IMG/VR virus record: IMGVR_UViG_3300027754_000034
Span: 193,206 to 257,205 of that record
Reading direction: 5' to 3' (one strand)
DNA: 64,000 nt
Shown: piece by piece, positions 30,738-40,228 of the stretch
Numbering within the stretch: the stretch's first letter is position 1
Layout of the letters: each line of letters begins with the position of its first letter
Notes under the pieces: generated by a model
The model's database searches: none
What the model saw: only the letters and a program-made list of their open reading frames with translations
Told to the model about the DNA's origin: nothing
Translations under genes and position numbers: made by a program

Positions 30738-31442
30738 ATGAACACGAGATTCGCCTTCGTAGATGAAGTATTATATTCCAAGGAATTTAATACTGGTGAT
30801 TGTGTACGCAAGACTGGACTTCGTGATTTCGTTTTAACTCCGTATGCCGGGCGTGTGCTTTATAGTGATACTGATACCGGGGTGGTAGTTGTTCAGTGGC
30901 CTTGGGGAGCCGAGAACAACTATCCCTCGGAATTGGTAATCGATAAATCGGGTGATTTTGGGACTCCGAACATGGATCAGTCTTATTCTACTTGGGAATC
31001 CACTAGATATAAAGATGATCCCGATACATTAAAGAATGATGTAAAGTGGCGAAAAAGTTTAGCTTCTGATATTTCTGAGGAATTTAGTCGATTAACCCTT
31101 CCAATATACAAATCTGCTTGTAAGGCTTGGTATCAAGAGTTACCAGAAATGGAAGTTCTGGTAACTCTCTCTAGTATTTATTCACCGAAATATGGTTTTG
31201 AACCAGTACGAAAATCAGTAGATGATGTGTATAGTTCTGGTCGTCGGATCGCTATTTATTGGGGAAGCAGTAATAGAAAGTATAGAGTAACTCAATCAGA
31301 GATGGTAACTGGGAAGTACAAATGTCCTCGTTGTGGTAATGGTCTAAAGCCTAGAACCTTCAGACATTTAAAAAGATTAATGTCATGTGGAGGACCTTCA
31401 GGATGTGGTTTTTCAATACATAATAAGGATTTATTAAAATGA
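30738..31442 (+). CDS. Hypothetical protein with C-terminal Zn ribbon
   Basis: KCPRCG...MSCGGPSGCG. Confidence 0.72.
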   Translation: MNTRFAFVDEVLYSKEFNTGDCVRKTGLRDFVLTPYAGRVLYSDTDTGVVVVQWPWGAENNYPSELVIDKSGDFGTPNMDQSYSTWESTRYKDDPDTLKNDVKWRKSLASDISEEFSRLTLPIYKSACKAWYQELPEMEVLVTLSSIYSPKYGFEPVRKSVDDVYSSGRRIAIYWGSSNRKYRVTQSEMVTGKYKCPRCGNGLKPRTFRHLKRLMSCGGPSGCGFSIHNKDLLK

Positions 31443-32491
31443 ATTCAATCTCCAAGATTCTAAAAATTAGTGGCTCTATTTCGAATACTCGCTTTAATGG
31501 CTTGAGATTGTCTGATGACTCGTCTTATTGGGGGACTCAGAAAACAAACGGGTTCTTTTACTCGTCTTTAGGGTATCTTGTAACTGAGGCTAAAGACGTA
31601 CTCATAGATTTAAAAAATAAGATTCGAAAGTTATTGTCTGATTCTAAAAATGCTAGAGAATTTGCTGAATCCTTAGATAAGGAAAAGGGAAAAAAGATAA
31701 TCGATTTAGAGTCGATACTTAAGGCTCACAAGTTGTGGGAGGATAAGTTAAAGAAACAAGCTTCTTCTCGCCTAGCCATTTTTGGGCTTAAAAGTCCATT
31801 ACAAACAATTCTTGATACAAAAGATGATGCTCTTGATACGCCACCAAGTGTAATCGAGCAGCAGTTTAAGTATAATAAGAAATTTTTTAACTTGGTTAAA
31901 AAGATTCAAGATGAATATGAAGTATTAATACAGAATCCTTCAGAAGATTCAGAAGATAATGCAGAAAAGCTGCTTCGGGATATAGATGAAGCGTTAGACA
32001 TGTCATCAGGAATCCTATCTAAAATTTACCATGAACCGTCGTCCAAGGCTGTTCCTAAAAAGCCTCTTCCACCCAAACGGAAGCCTGAATATACAGAATT
32101 AACGGATGAACAATTAGAATTTATAGAGCCGGAGCAGGAATATGCGGAAGTAACTGATGGACAGTTACAATTTGTAAAGGATCCACCTCAAACAAAGTTT
32201 AAAAGTCGTCGTAATATAAATCGTGACAAAAAGGAAGAAGAAAAAGCCATAAAGAATCTTCCTGAAATGCGTTCTTATTTTGCAAGGTTACTGAGAATGA
32301 AACCAGAATCTGCGGCATATAAGAGTTCGCTTAAGAAGTTATTTAGTCTGTTAAAAGATAACTTTGGCGAAGAAGCAGATTTGAATACTGTCTTAACGGC
32401 ATCGTCTCACATATCATCATTAATACGTGATAATCAGAGAGTGAGAAATGATGTAGTGGTTTATTTATCAACTTTATGGGGAACTTTATAA
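31439..32491 (+). CDS. Hypothetical helical protein
   Basis: 350 aa; internal 18-aa duplication EY(T/A)E(L/V)TD(E/G)QL(E/Q)F. Confidence 0.68.
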   Translation: MNSISKILKISGSISNTRFNGLRLSDDSSYWGTQKTNGFFYSSLGYLVTEAKDVLIDLKNKIRKLLSDSKNAREFAESLDKEKGKKIIDLESILKAHKLWEDKLKKQASSRLAIFGLKSPLQTILDTKDDALDTPPSVIEQQFKYNKKFFNLVKKIQDEYEVLIQNPSEDSEDNAEKLLRDIDEALDMSSGILSKIYHEPSSKAVPKKPLPPKRKPEYTELTDEQLEFIEPEQEYAEVTDGQLQFVKDPPQTKFKSRRNINRDKKEEEKAIKNLPEMRSYFARLLRMKPESAAYKSSLKKLFSLLKDNFGEEADLNTVLTASSHISSLIRDNQRVRNDVVVYLSTLWGTL

Positions 32492-32521
32492 TTTCTATAA
32501 ATTTTATAGTTAAGGAATTTT

Positions 32522-34033
32522 ATGCCTCGTAAGCATTATGCAAATGCAATAATTTCTCGACAAAACGTTCCATTTGATGAGTGGATGGACGTATTGAGAG
32601 GACAGAACGAGGGGGCTGTTCCTAAGGATCATATTAATCGGGTAGCAAAAACCGTCTTGCGGAAGTGCGACCCGAATCAGTATTTATTATCCCATTCCAC
32701 TATAGTAGCATCTGTTGATACGATTGAACCCAAGGGAACCAAGACCGGACGGTTAATGAACCGTGGAGTACAGATCGATGTTAGATATCCGGATTTTAGG
32801 ATAAAGTCCGGTTGTTTACCGATAATTAACAATAATGGAGACGCTTGGTCTCGTTCATTGTTACTTTCTTCTTATCGTACATTTATAGGTTCTCCGAATT
32901 ACTTAGAACATGTCCAGATACCTGAATTATCGAAAGGTTTCATAGTTGATGCTGTGGCCCGTGACTTGGGCGACTCTTGTTATGTCGACATTCTAGTGGC
33001 AACGGACCGAAAGCACGGTCAACTGGTAAATGATATTCTTACCGGGGACATTACTGGAATGTCAATGGGCTGTATTAGTCTATTTACTATATGTACTAAG
33101 TGTGGAAATGTTGCTTCAGACGATTCTCAGTTATGTCCTTGCATACAATATGAGGGTAAGCATACCGAATTTATTGATGAACAAGGTAATAAACAGAAAA
33201 TTGCAGAATTAATTGGGCATGTAATGGTGCCAAACAGTAACCAATTTATTGAAGCAAGTTGGGTGAAGAATCCAGCTTTTACTGGTGCCGTAAGAAGAAA
33301 TTTCTTAAATCAAAATATGATTCAAACAGCAGCAAAGATCAATGACGCTGCTGAAGTTTATGAAATCAAGCGATCTATGCCTGATTTAGATGGTATGAAG
33401 AGAGCTGCTTTTACTTATAGAAAATCGGATGATGACGAGACACAGGATATCGGAGACGGTCAGGAGCCTTCTCAATCACAGAATGGTCCTTCCTCAGATT
33501 CCGAACGACCGGTCAAGAGTGACCAGCTGAATTCTCTTATTGATAAAGTTCAGGAGCAACTCCTGAGCTTAATAATGGAGAATCTCTCTGATCGGCTAAA
33601 ACCGAAGCCTGAGGATGTGGGAACCGTAGTTTCTGCTCCAGTAGATCTAACTGCCGGAAACGATAATATCATTCATAGTTCGGCAGATTTCGAGCGCCAT
33701 GTAAAGCGCAAATTCGCTAGTTCTACATCATTAGCGGACTGGGCAATTAAAACCCATAAGATTGTTCATGAAGGAGGAGTTAAATCTATAAAAGCGGCAC
33801 GTCTAAAACCGCAAGATTTAATAATCCTTTCATGGGTTGTTGATAATGTTAATGGCAGGAGATACGCTTCTGACCTTTATCAATTGTCAATTAAAATTGG
33901 GCCTTTGAGCAACTATCCAAACGAGATATCCTTTTTAACAGCGTGTTCTATCAAATTTGGTCGCGATTTAACGGCCAAAGAGGAGAGATTCTTAGTCTGG
34001 AAGGGTAAAATCGCGAGTATTGCGTGCTTTTAG
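32522..34033 (+). CDS. Prohead (capsid maturation) protease with Zn-finger insertion
   Basis: NYLEH, GFIVDAV, ITGMSMGC...CTKCGN...CPCI, FIEASWVKNPAFTGA. Lies between portal and scaffold/MCP. Confidence 0.75.
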   Translation: MPRKHYANAIISRQNVPFDEWMDVLRGQNEGAVPKDHINRVAKTVLRKCDPNQYLLSHSTIVASVDTIEPKGTKTGRLMNRGVQIDVRYPDFRIKSGCLPIINNNGDAWSRSLLLSSYRTFIGSPNYLEHVQIPELSKGFIVDAVARDLGDSCYVDILVATDRKHGQLVNDILTGDITGMSMGCISLFTICTKCGNVASDDSQLCPCIQYEGKHTEFIDEQGNKQKIAELIGHVMVPNSNQFIEASWVKNPAFTGAVRRNFLNQNMIQTAAKINDAAEVYEIKRSMPDLDGMKRAAFTYRKSDDDETQDIGDGQEPSQSQNGPSSDSERPVKSDQLNSLIDKVQEQLLSLIMENLSDRLKPKPEDVGTVVSAPVDLTAGNDNIIHSSADFERHVKRKFASSTSLADWAIKTHKIVHEGGVKSIKAARLKPQDLIILSWVVDNVNGRRYASDLYQLSIKIGPLSNYPNEISFLTACSIKFGRDLTAKEERFLVWKGKIASIACF

Positions 34034-34073
34034 GGCCTTGATAAGTTATTGATTAACAGGAGACAGATTTAAT

Positions 34074-35309
34074 ATGCGTACACGTACCACCTGGCAGGGC
34101 AAGGGAAGCGAAACCGCGCGTCAGGCGACAACGGTCCGCCGTGCGGATATCTATGACATGAACTTTGGAGGACCACGTCCCCAACCTGCTCCGGACCAAT
34201 ATATGGCTCCGGATGCAGGTCCAGATAAGTGGGCGGAGACTCCAGCGTCATATGACCGTATTTCTGAAGAGTATGATTCAAAGGGTCATGTTCTTCGCAA
34301 CGAAAACGGTATGGCGGAGTTCCGGAAAAATACTTTTGATCGTCCTTCATGGGGTGACGAGAAGAAATATGACAACCGTACAGCTTCAGAACGCAAGGCA
34401 GTTGCCGCTCACAGACTTGCTTCATATTTATTAAAGACAACTGACCGTGGCCTTGTTCGCAAGGTCGCTCTCGGATTCATGTCAATGCCCGATGCAGCTG
34501 TTAGTACAGCTCTTCGTGCAGTTGATCAGATTTCTCCCAAGTCTCTCCCAGATGAATCTCGGTTCAAGCGTGCCTTTGCTTGTACTAAGTTAGCAGCTGG
34601 AATGCTTGGCGATGGTTCTACAGAGGAGTCAGTCGAACGTCTCGCTCGTTCGATCTACGAGGTCGACGACCCTACTCTTCGTTCCATTGTGAAGTCTGTT
34701 GCTATGGCGAAGATCGCCCAGCAGCAAGAGGAAGAGGAAGAGGAAGAGGAAGAGGAAGAGGAAGAGGAAGAGAAAGATGCCTCTTCTATGAAGCCTGAGC
34801 ATCCTGCTAAGCAAGCTCAGGAAGAGGAAGAGAAAGATGCCTCTTCTATGAAGCCTGAGCATCCTGCTAAGCAAGCTCAGGAAGAGGAAGAGGAAGAGGA
34901 CTCCTGTGGTTCTGATTCCATGATGGGTGGCATGCATGCTCAGGCAGAAGAGGAAGAGGAAGAGGAAGAGGAGGATGAATCCGGCGTCCCAGTTGATGTC
35001 CAGATTATGCTCGAGCAAATGAAGCTTCCTGCCATGAGCGGTCTTCCTGCCATGTCAGAGTCTCCTGCAGCTCCTGCAGCTCCTGCAGCTCCTGCAGCTC
35101 CTGCAGCTTCGGTTGCAGCTTCTTTAGAGGCTCTTTTTTCTGATGATCCTGAGGTTCAGGCTCACCGCGAAATCATGGCAGCTTCAAACCCTGGCTTTAA
35201 GTCAGGACGAGTTGCCTCGACCAGTGGTGCTAAGAAGCTCGGTAAAGTCCAAGCTTCCGATCAGAAGAACGCAACTTCTTCTTTAGAAGCATTGTGGGAT
35301 CGTTCCTGA
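34074..35309 (+). CDS. Capsid scaffolding protein
   Basis: RBS AGGAG; poly-Glu tracts, PAA repeats, C-terminal anchor LEALWDRS; directly upstream of decoration and MCP genes. Confidence 0.72.
   Translation: MRTRTTWQGKGSETARQATTVRRADIYDMNFGGPRPQPAPDQYMAPDAGPDKWAETPASYDRISEEYDSKGHVLRNENGMAEFRKNTFDRPSWGDEKKYDNRTASERKAVAAHRLASYLLKTTDRGLVRKVALGFMSMPDAAVSTALRAVDQISPKSLPDESRFKRAFACTKLAAGMLGDGSTEESVERLARSIYEVDDPTLRSIVKSVAMAKIAQQQEEEEEEEEEEEEEEEKDASSMKPEHPAKQAQEEEEKDASSMKPEHPAKQAQEEEEEEDSCGSDSMMGGMHAQAEEEEEEEEEDESGVPVDVQIMLEQMKLPAMSGLPAMSESPAAPAAPAAPAAPAASVAASLEALFSDDPEVQAHREIMAASNPGFKSGRVASTSGAKKLGKVQASDQKNATSSLEALWDRS
34727..35108 (+). repeat. (GAGGAA)n tracts, a 60-bp tandem duplication (about 34761-34890) and a 9-bp x4 repeat (about 35063-35108)
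   Basis: agaaagatgcctcttctatg recurs at 34771 and 34831; cctgcagct occurs four times. Confidence 0.9.
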
Positions 35310-35320
35310 AATAAAATTTT

Positions 35321-35358
35321 AACCCCAGATGGAGACTAAGGTTTTCATCTGGGGTTTT
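35321..35358 (+). terminator. Rho-independent terminator-like hairpin
   Basis: aaccccagatg...catctggggtt followed by T residues, after the scaffold stop. Confidence 0.7.
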
Positions 35359-35515
35359 AGATAAAGAAACGCAGACTTTTACAGAACCTAGGGAAGTTTT
35401 TAGGGAAATATAAACAACAATTTGGACGGATTCGCGGAATAGGCCGGACTGAATTCACAGATTGTAAAAATTCATTGTTTACCCGAAAAGCTGACTGAAG
35501 GACTGGAGTAATAAA

Positions 35516-36166
35516 ATGGGAATCGGCGGACAAGCATCAGGCGATTTTAAGCTTGACAATAGTGCGCTGCGTATCCTCTACTCGCTTATCAAGGATACTA
35601 TTCCTTCTTTAGCGAGCGATGGATTTACGCAGAATAATCCTTCTGTCGTAGTGGCAGCTGCGAACGCTTCAACAACCTTTCCTGTGGACGTCAAGAAGGG
35701 CGTTCTTGGTGGTTCTTGTGCGTTCCTTCGTCCCGACGTGGGTTCTAACGTAGTTGGCGGTGCCGTAGTCGATGGCATGGGCGACTATTACGTTGGTACG
35801 CGTCCAGTAGGTCTTTTCATCAATGACGCCAAGGGTGGCGCATATGAGAACACACCTTCGGTGGCTTCGGGCAAATGCCCGTTCCTTCGTGGTGGTTCCG
35901 TTGGTGTTAAGATTTATGAGACCCAGAAGCAGATTGGTGCTGATGATGACCTCACCTACTTGGTTGGTGATTTCCTCTACGCCTCAGTCAATGGCCTTCT
36001 GACCAAGAACTGGGAAGACTCGTACGAGAAGCAGTGGATTGACACTGCTACTACGGGCAGCGGCGCGGGTGGCGTTGCAATTGAACCGGATGTCACCCGT
36101 ATGGGTGTTGTCCTTTCACCCCCAGATGCAAACTCATCGGAGCTGTTCCTCGCGCTCTTCTTCTGA
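35516..36166 (+). CDS. Capsid decoration / minor capsid protein
   Basis: Immediately upstream of the MCP; GC-rich codons; RPVGLFIND and VGDFLYASVNGLLT beta-tulip-like patterns. Confidence 0.62.
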   Translation: MGIGGQASGDFKLDNSALRILYSLIKDTIPSLASDGFTQNNPSVVVAAANASTTFPVDVKKGVLGGSCAFLRPDVGSNVVGGAVVDGMGDYYVGTRPVGLFINDAKGGAYENTPSVASGKCPFLRGGSVGVKIYETQKQIGADDDLTYLVGDFLYASVNGLLTKNWEDSYEKQWIDTATTGSGAGGVAIEPDVTRMGVVLSPPDANSSELFLALFF

Positions 36167-36193
36167 GCCTAGGACAGAGAAAGGACTATTATT

Positions 36194-37081
36194 ATGGCAT
36201 ACGGAGTACAGGTGGTTGATAACGCCATCAAAGAGCAGATTGTTGACAAGTTCATTGGAACGAGCGCTGGTCGTCGCCACTTAGCGGCTTCTATGATTCA
36301 GCCTCTTCGCGAGCGTCGCGATTATTCGTCCGTTGGCCGCAAGACGTTCCTCGTCGAGCAGCTACCGGACGGAGCGCTTCCCATCTACGACAAGGACCCC
36401 GACGTCGTTGCTTACGTCATCGGGGAAGAAGGCGAGTCGATCACGGCGGTTTCTAAGCCCCGCCGTGTTATCTTCCCGCTCTTCGAGATCGCGGCCCTCC
36501 CCAAGGCTCCTCTTACGCAGATCAAGGAGCGTCGTTACGACCTCCTCAAGCGTATGCAGGACCTTGGTAAGGCTCAGATCCAGGCTGCTGAGGACGATCG
36601 CGTGTTCAGCATCCTCGATGCTATCGCGGTTAATGGCTTCGACAGCCTTCCTGGTGGTACGAACCCGGATATTCCGGTCGTTGCTCCCATCTCGCCTGCC
36701 ATCCTTGCGGATGCGTTTGCCGAGATCGAGCGCCACGACCTGCGTGTTGCTCGCGTTTATATGAACGCGACCGATTACGCAGACGTTCGTAAGTTCGGAC
36801 GCGACGTTCTCGATATCGAGAGCCAAGCGACGCTCTGGAAGACCGGTATGATGGCAACGGGCTGGAACGCCCAGTTCATCGTCTCGCGTCTCGTTCCCGC
36901 AGGCGTTGTTTACGTCTGCTGCGAGCCCGAGATGTTTGGTCGCATCCCGGTTCGTACTGAGCTGACCGTATTGAGCGCGGATAATCCCGAAGAGCGCACA
37001 ATCGGGTTCAGCATGTTTGAGAATCTTGGTATTGGCGCATACAATCCACGCGGATTAGTGCGCCTCATCGTCCAACGCTGA
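36194..37081 (+). CDS. Major capsid protein (HK97 fold)
   Basis: RBS AAGGA; 295 aa with AASMIQPLR, AQIQAAEDDRVFSILDA, C-terminal LGIGAYNPRGLV; strongest codon bias in the window; followed by a terminator. Confidence 0.85.
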   Translation: MAYGVQVVDNAIKEQIVDKFIGTSAGRRHLAASMIQPLRERRDYSSVGRKTFLVEQLPDGALPIYDKDPDVVAYVIGEEGESITAVSKPRRVIFPLFEIAALPKAPLTQIKERRYDLLKRMQDLGKAQIQAAEDDRVFSILDAIAVNGFDSLPGGTNPDIPVVAPISPAILADAFAEIERHDLRVARVYMNATDYADVRKFGRDVLDIESQATLWKTGMMATGWNAQFIVSRLVPAGVVYVCCEPEMFGRIPVRTELTVLSADNPEERTIGFSMFENLGIGAYNPRGLVRLIVQR

Positions 37082-37102
37082 TTTTCGGAATTCCGGAAAT
37101 CA

Positions 37103-37136
37103 TTAAGCCCCGGTCCTTGATTGGATCGGGGCTTAA
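37103..37136 (+). terminator. Terminator after the MCP
   Basis: ttaagccccggtcc-ttgatt-ggatcggggcttaa then ttgtttt. Confidence 0.78.
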
Positions 37137-37185
37137 TTGTTTTATATCCCAGTACAGAGGCTTATAACCAAATGTAAAATTTTAT

Positions 37186-38688
37186 ATGATGTGCAGAATA
37201 TGCAATGCTGTTAGCCAGCACGATCTTTGCAATGTATGTCGTCAGGATACTAACTACTTAGTAAAATACCCAGTATTAAAGAATATCCTTACAGATTCAG
37301 CCTTAGAGGTCTTGGATTTTAATCCCTCGCGCTCTGACTTTCAACGAGTAGACGTTATATGTGGTGAATGCAAGAGTACTAATAATATAGATTTAGTTAG
37401 CATCCTTAAATATATAAGACGTCATCTAAAAAAGAATCCCTATAACATATATAAGTGTCATTCATGTTCTAAAAGAGGGGAATCTCTCATTAGTCTCAAA
37501 GAGGTGATGCCGATCATAGATATGAAACTCACACAGGAAAAACATGGTGGAATAGGTAAAAATGTAAAAAAGTCCCTTGTTGTGGTCAAATGCGAGGATT
37601 GTTATGAACTATCAGACATTAAGTTAAGTAGTTTACTGCATGGGGCTAGAAGGCATCAGAAGCTAGGTCGAAAGTGTATTTACAAGTGTTTTAAGTGTGG
37701 TGTTCTATTGCCGGATGCCATAAAGAAGTCCAATGATGCCAGAGCTAAGCAGTTAGCTGTAGGAGCCCGTTCTCATATCGAAGTCGCTTTAGCCAATAGA
37801 TTAAAGGCTTTGAATATAGAATATGAGGAGTAGTTTCGTACCGATATGTATGTTTGGGACTTTTACCTCCCTAAGTATTTATTATTAATAGATGTAAATG
37901 GAGAATACTGGTATGGACTATCTCGGAATAAATCAAAAGATAAGTCTAAACTGACTTATGTAGAAAATTATCTACCTGAATATAAAACCCTAATCATAGA
38001 GGAAAAGCGTTTTCTAAACCCCTTGATGGTAGATAAAATAATTAAGGACGCCATAGGAGAATCTAAGAAGATTACGGTAGAAGAGTTTAGCTTATTGGAT
38101 GTGATCATTAATCAGTCCTCAAAGGTATCTAAGTCCAAAAGGTCTACGGAATCTGATTTTTTAAACTCTTATCATTACTCAGGATTTGGTCGGAACGGGA
38201 AATTAGTAATTACGGCACATCTTAATGAATCATTGGTGGCACTTTGTAAATTTAGTGGTACGACTCGACAAGGCACTGCTAAGTCTTTGGGTTATAAATG
38301 TTATGAAGTCCTGGAACTTGACAGATTCTGCATACATCCTTCTTATCATAAAAAGAACTTCGCTTCTTGGTTTTTGTCACGATGTATGAAATTAGTATTT
38401 GAATCGAATAAACTTATGCAATGTTTGGTATCATTCGCAGATCCCACATATGGTCATACCGGCACTATTTATAAAGCCACAAATTGGGAAATGAAAGGCA
38501 AAACCAATCCAAGTTACCATTATATGGATCACTTAGGGGTTCCAGTCAATAAGAAGAGGATTTATGACTTTGCACAAAAACTTCGGATGAAGGAAGCTGA
38601 ATATGTTGAACTTCATGGACTACAGAAGTTCTCTGAATTACCCAAGATTAAATATGTTTACAAGCGTTTTTCATCCGGGTCTAGATAG
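37186..38688 (+). pseudogene. Zn-ribbon + nuclease + Mom-like fusion interrupted by an in-frame TAG at 37831-37833
   Basis: ORFs 37186 and 37846 share a frame; the stop aligns with Gln in the 49218 paralog (IEYEE*FRTDMYVWDFYLP vs ISYKEQYVVGPYIFDFYLP); the Mom-like domain is intact. Confidence 0.8.
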
Positions 38689-38835
38689 TTCTGTTGGTAT
38701 CATGTTCCAAATGGGTGATGGGGATCATTACCTTTTCATTAGTATGAATTTACTGTGTTGATGTTCGTTCATATTTGTGCTTCGCTATTTATTAGAACAT
38801 ACTTATCCTTTAATTTTTTATGTCACACATAAAAT

Positions 38836-39336
38836 ATGAATCGTAGTGCTATTTCTCCTTCGCGAATCTCAACGTCTCTGCGTCGCATAGCTTCCGCTAT
38901 CGAGAATTCGGAGAATCCCTCACGTGAGTTGGTAGCAAGGGAGTTACAACGTCTAGTAAGAAAAATAGCTGGTAACGAAGACGGAATTTCAGTACTTGGT
39001 CAAACGGTAAATGTTGAGGTTCCCGGTTTGGGTCTCGTACCTGTAATACTTACTAAAGTCGAATTCTTTGATGAGAAGAATACTCGAAATGTGGTAGGAA
39101 CTATAAATGGTTTTATGGTCAAGACTAGTACATACAGTAGATCTTATAAGGTAGATCCTACTGATATCCTTCCTGTGGAGTTAAAGCAATATTTCGATCC
39201 TGAAGGATTCCGACCTGTCGACGCTTTTGCCATCGCAATAGACAAAATTCTTAAGAATTATGGGATAGAGGACGAGTACCCAATTATAGAAAATGGTATA
39301 TATTTTTCTAGTGAGCAGGATGACGACTCAATATAA
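38836..39336 (+). CDS. Hypothetical protein with LRRIA..IE.S.NPS leader
   Basis: Leader shared with the 60016 and 61100 genes. Confidence 0.75.
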   Translation: MNRSAISPSRISTSLRRIASAIENSENPSRELVARELQRLVRKIAGNEDGISVLGQTVNVEVPGLGLVPVILTKVEFFDEKNTRNVVGTINGFMVKTSTYSRSYKVDPTDILPVELKQYFDPEGFRPVDAFAIAIDKILKNYGIEDEYPIIENGIYFSSEQDDDSI

Positions 39337-39353
39337 CGATAAAGAATAGTAGA

Positions 39354-39382
39354 CTACAGGATTCCTCATCGAAATCCTGTAG
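39354..39382 (+). terminator. Hairpin after the 38836 gene
   Basis: ctacaggatt...aatcctgtag. Confidence 0.5.
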
Positions 39383-39615
39383 AGTGCTCTACACGCATTT
39401 AATTTATAAAATGTGTTAAGTATATAGGGAAATAAAGTGGAGAAGTATTCATCCTCCCTGGGTCTAAAGTTAGTAAGTACATAACAATGTGATTAAAGAA
39501 ACTCGGGATATTGAAGTTCAGTATAAACCCGGCCCACATGACGACGTTAGAACATGTGGTTCCTTTATATAATAAAAACCAGGAATAACTAATGATTTTT
39601 TTAGTATAGTATTCT

Positions 39616-39849
39616 GTGATACAGATAAAATTTTCTAAATTTGATGGTGGTAACATAGTATCAGCTGGCGGAGATTTAGTAGAAGTCACTGATAAATATG
39701 TAATAGTTAAACATCAAGATGTCAGTTACTCCTTCCGAAGGACTCCCGGTTCTAAATCGGGATATGGTATTGGGGCGGCAAAAAATTGGAGGCTGGGGTT
39801 AGAAGAAAGAAACCAGCATGTTCACCCTGAAAATCTGAAGAAAAGATAA
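39616..39849 (+). CDS. Small hypothetical protein
   Basis: 77 aa; SH3-like beta pattern; followed by a hairpin. Confidence 0.55.
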   Translation: MIQIKFSKFDGGNIVSAGGDLVEVTDKYVIVKHQDVSYSFRRTPGSKSGYGIGAAKNWRLGLEERNQHVHPENLKKR

Positions 39850-39886
39850 TTTAACCATCAATATATAAGCTATTGATGGTTAAATT
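39848..39886. terminator. 16-bp-stem inverted repeat
   Basis: aatttaaccatcaata-tataagc-tattgatggttaaatt. Confidence 0.6.
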
Positions 39887-39914
39887 TTGTGTAACTTCCT
39901 AACGGAGAATTTCT

Positions 39915-40175
39915 ATGAAAATGCTTAACGTTGTTTCAGTTTTGATTCTAGCTCTCGTGTCTTGTGGTAAGGACGAAAGTAAGCCTGTTGATGCCGCTTC
40001 TTCGGCTTCCGTGGGCTCTGGTGGCTCCGGTGGTGCCAAAATGGTTAGTGGTTCAGGAGGCGCAGACGGAGACGGAGGAACGGGCGGAGCGGTTGCATCC
40101 TCGGTTTCCGGTTCTGGTGGAGCCGGTATGGGTGGTTCTGGTGGAGCCGGAATGGGTGGTTCTGGCGGCAAGTGA
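39915..40175 (+). CDS. Gly/Ser-rich small lipoprotein
   Basis: RBS GGAG; signal peptide with lipobox LVSC; GGSGGAGMGG repeats. Confidence 0.8.
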   Translation: MKMLNVVSVLILALVSCGKDESKPVDAASSASVGSGGSGGAKMVSGSGGADGDGGTGGAVASSVSGSGGAGMGGSGGAGMGGSGGK

Positions 40176-40196
40176 CTATCTAGCATATAATGTCCA

Positions 40197-40228
40197 AGGG
40201 GAAACGACCGATATCAGTCGTTTCCCCT
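40197..40228 (+). terminator. Terminator after the lipoprotein gene
   Basis: aggggaaacgac-cgatatca-gtcgtttcccct. Confidence 0.7.

Noticed and set aside
35359-35515. Structured ncRNA or riboswitch upstream of the capsid operon
   Set aside because: GC-enriched leader, but no recognisable family motif or convincing long-range pairing by eye.
23319-37081. Introns or inteins in terminase, portal or MCP
   Set aside because: The ORFs are continuous, of normal size, and lack intein C/S...HN motifs.
39385-39615. Minus-strand ORF 39399-39689, and a plus-strand frame reading KYIGK*SGEVFILPGSK..TM*LKKLG
   Set aside because: No start or RBS and two stops. It may be a decayed gene, but no homology could be supported.
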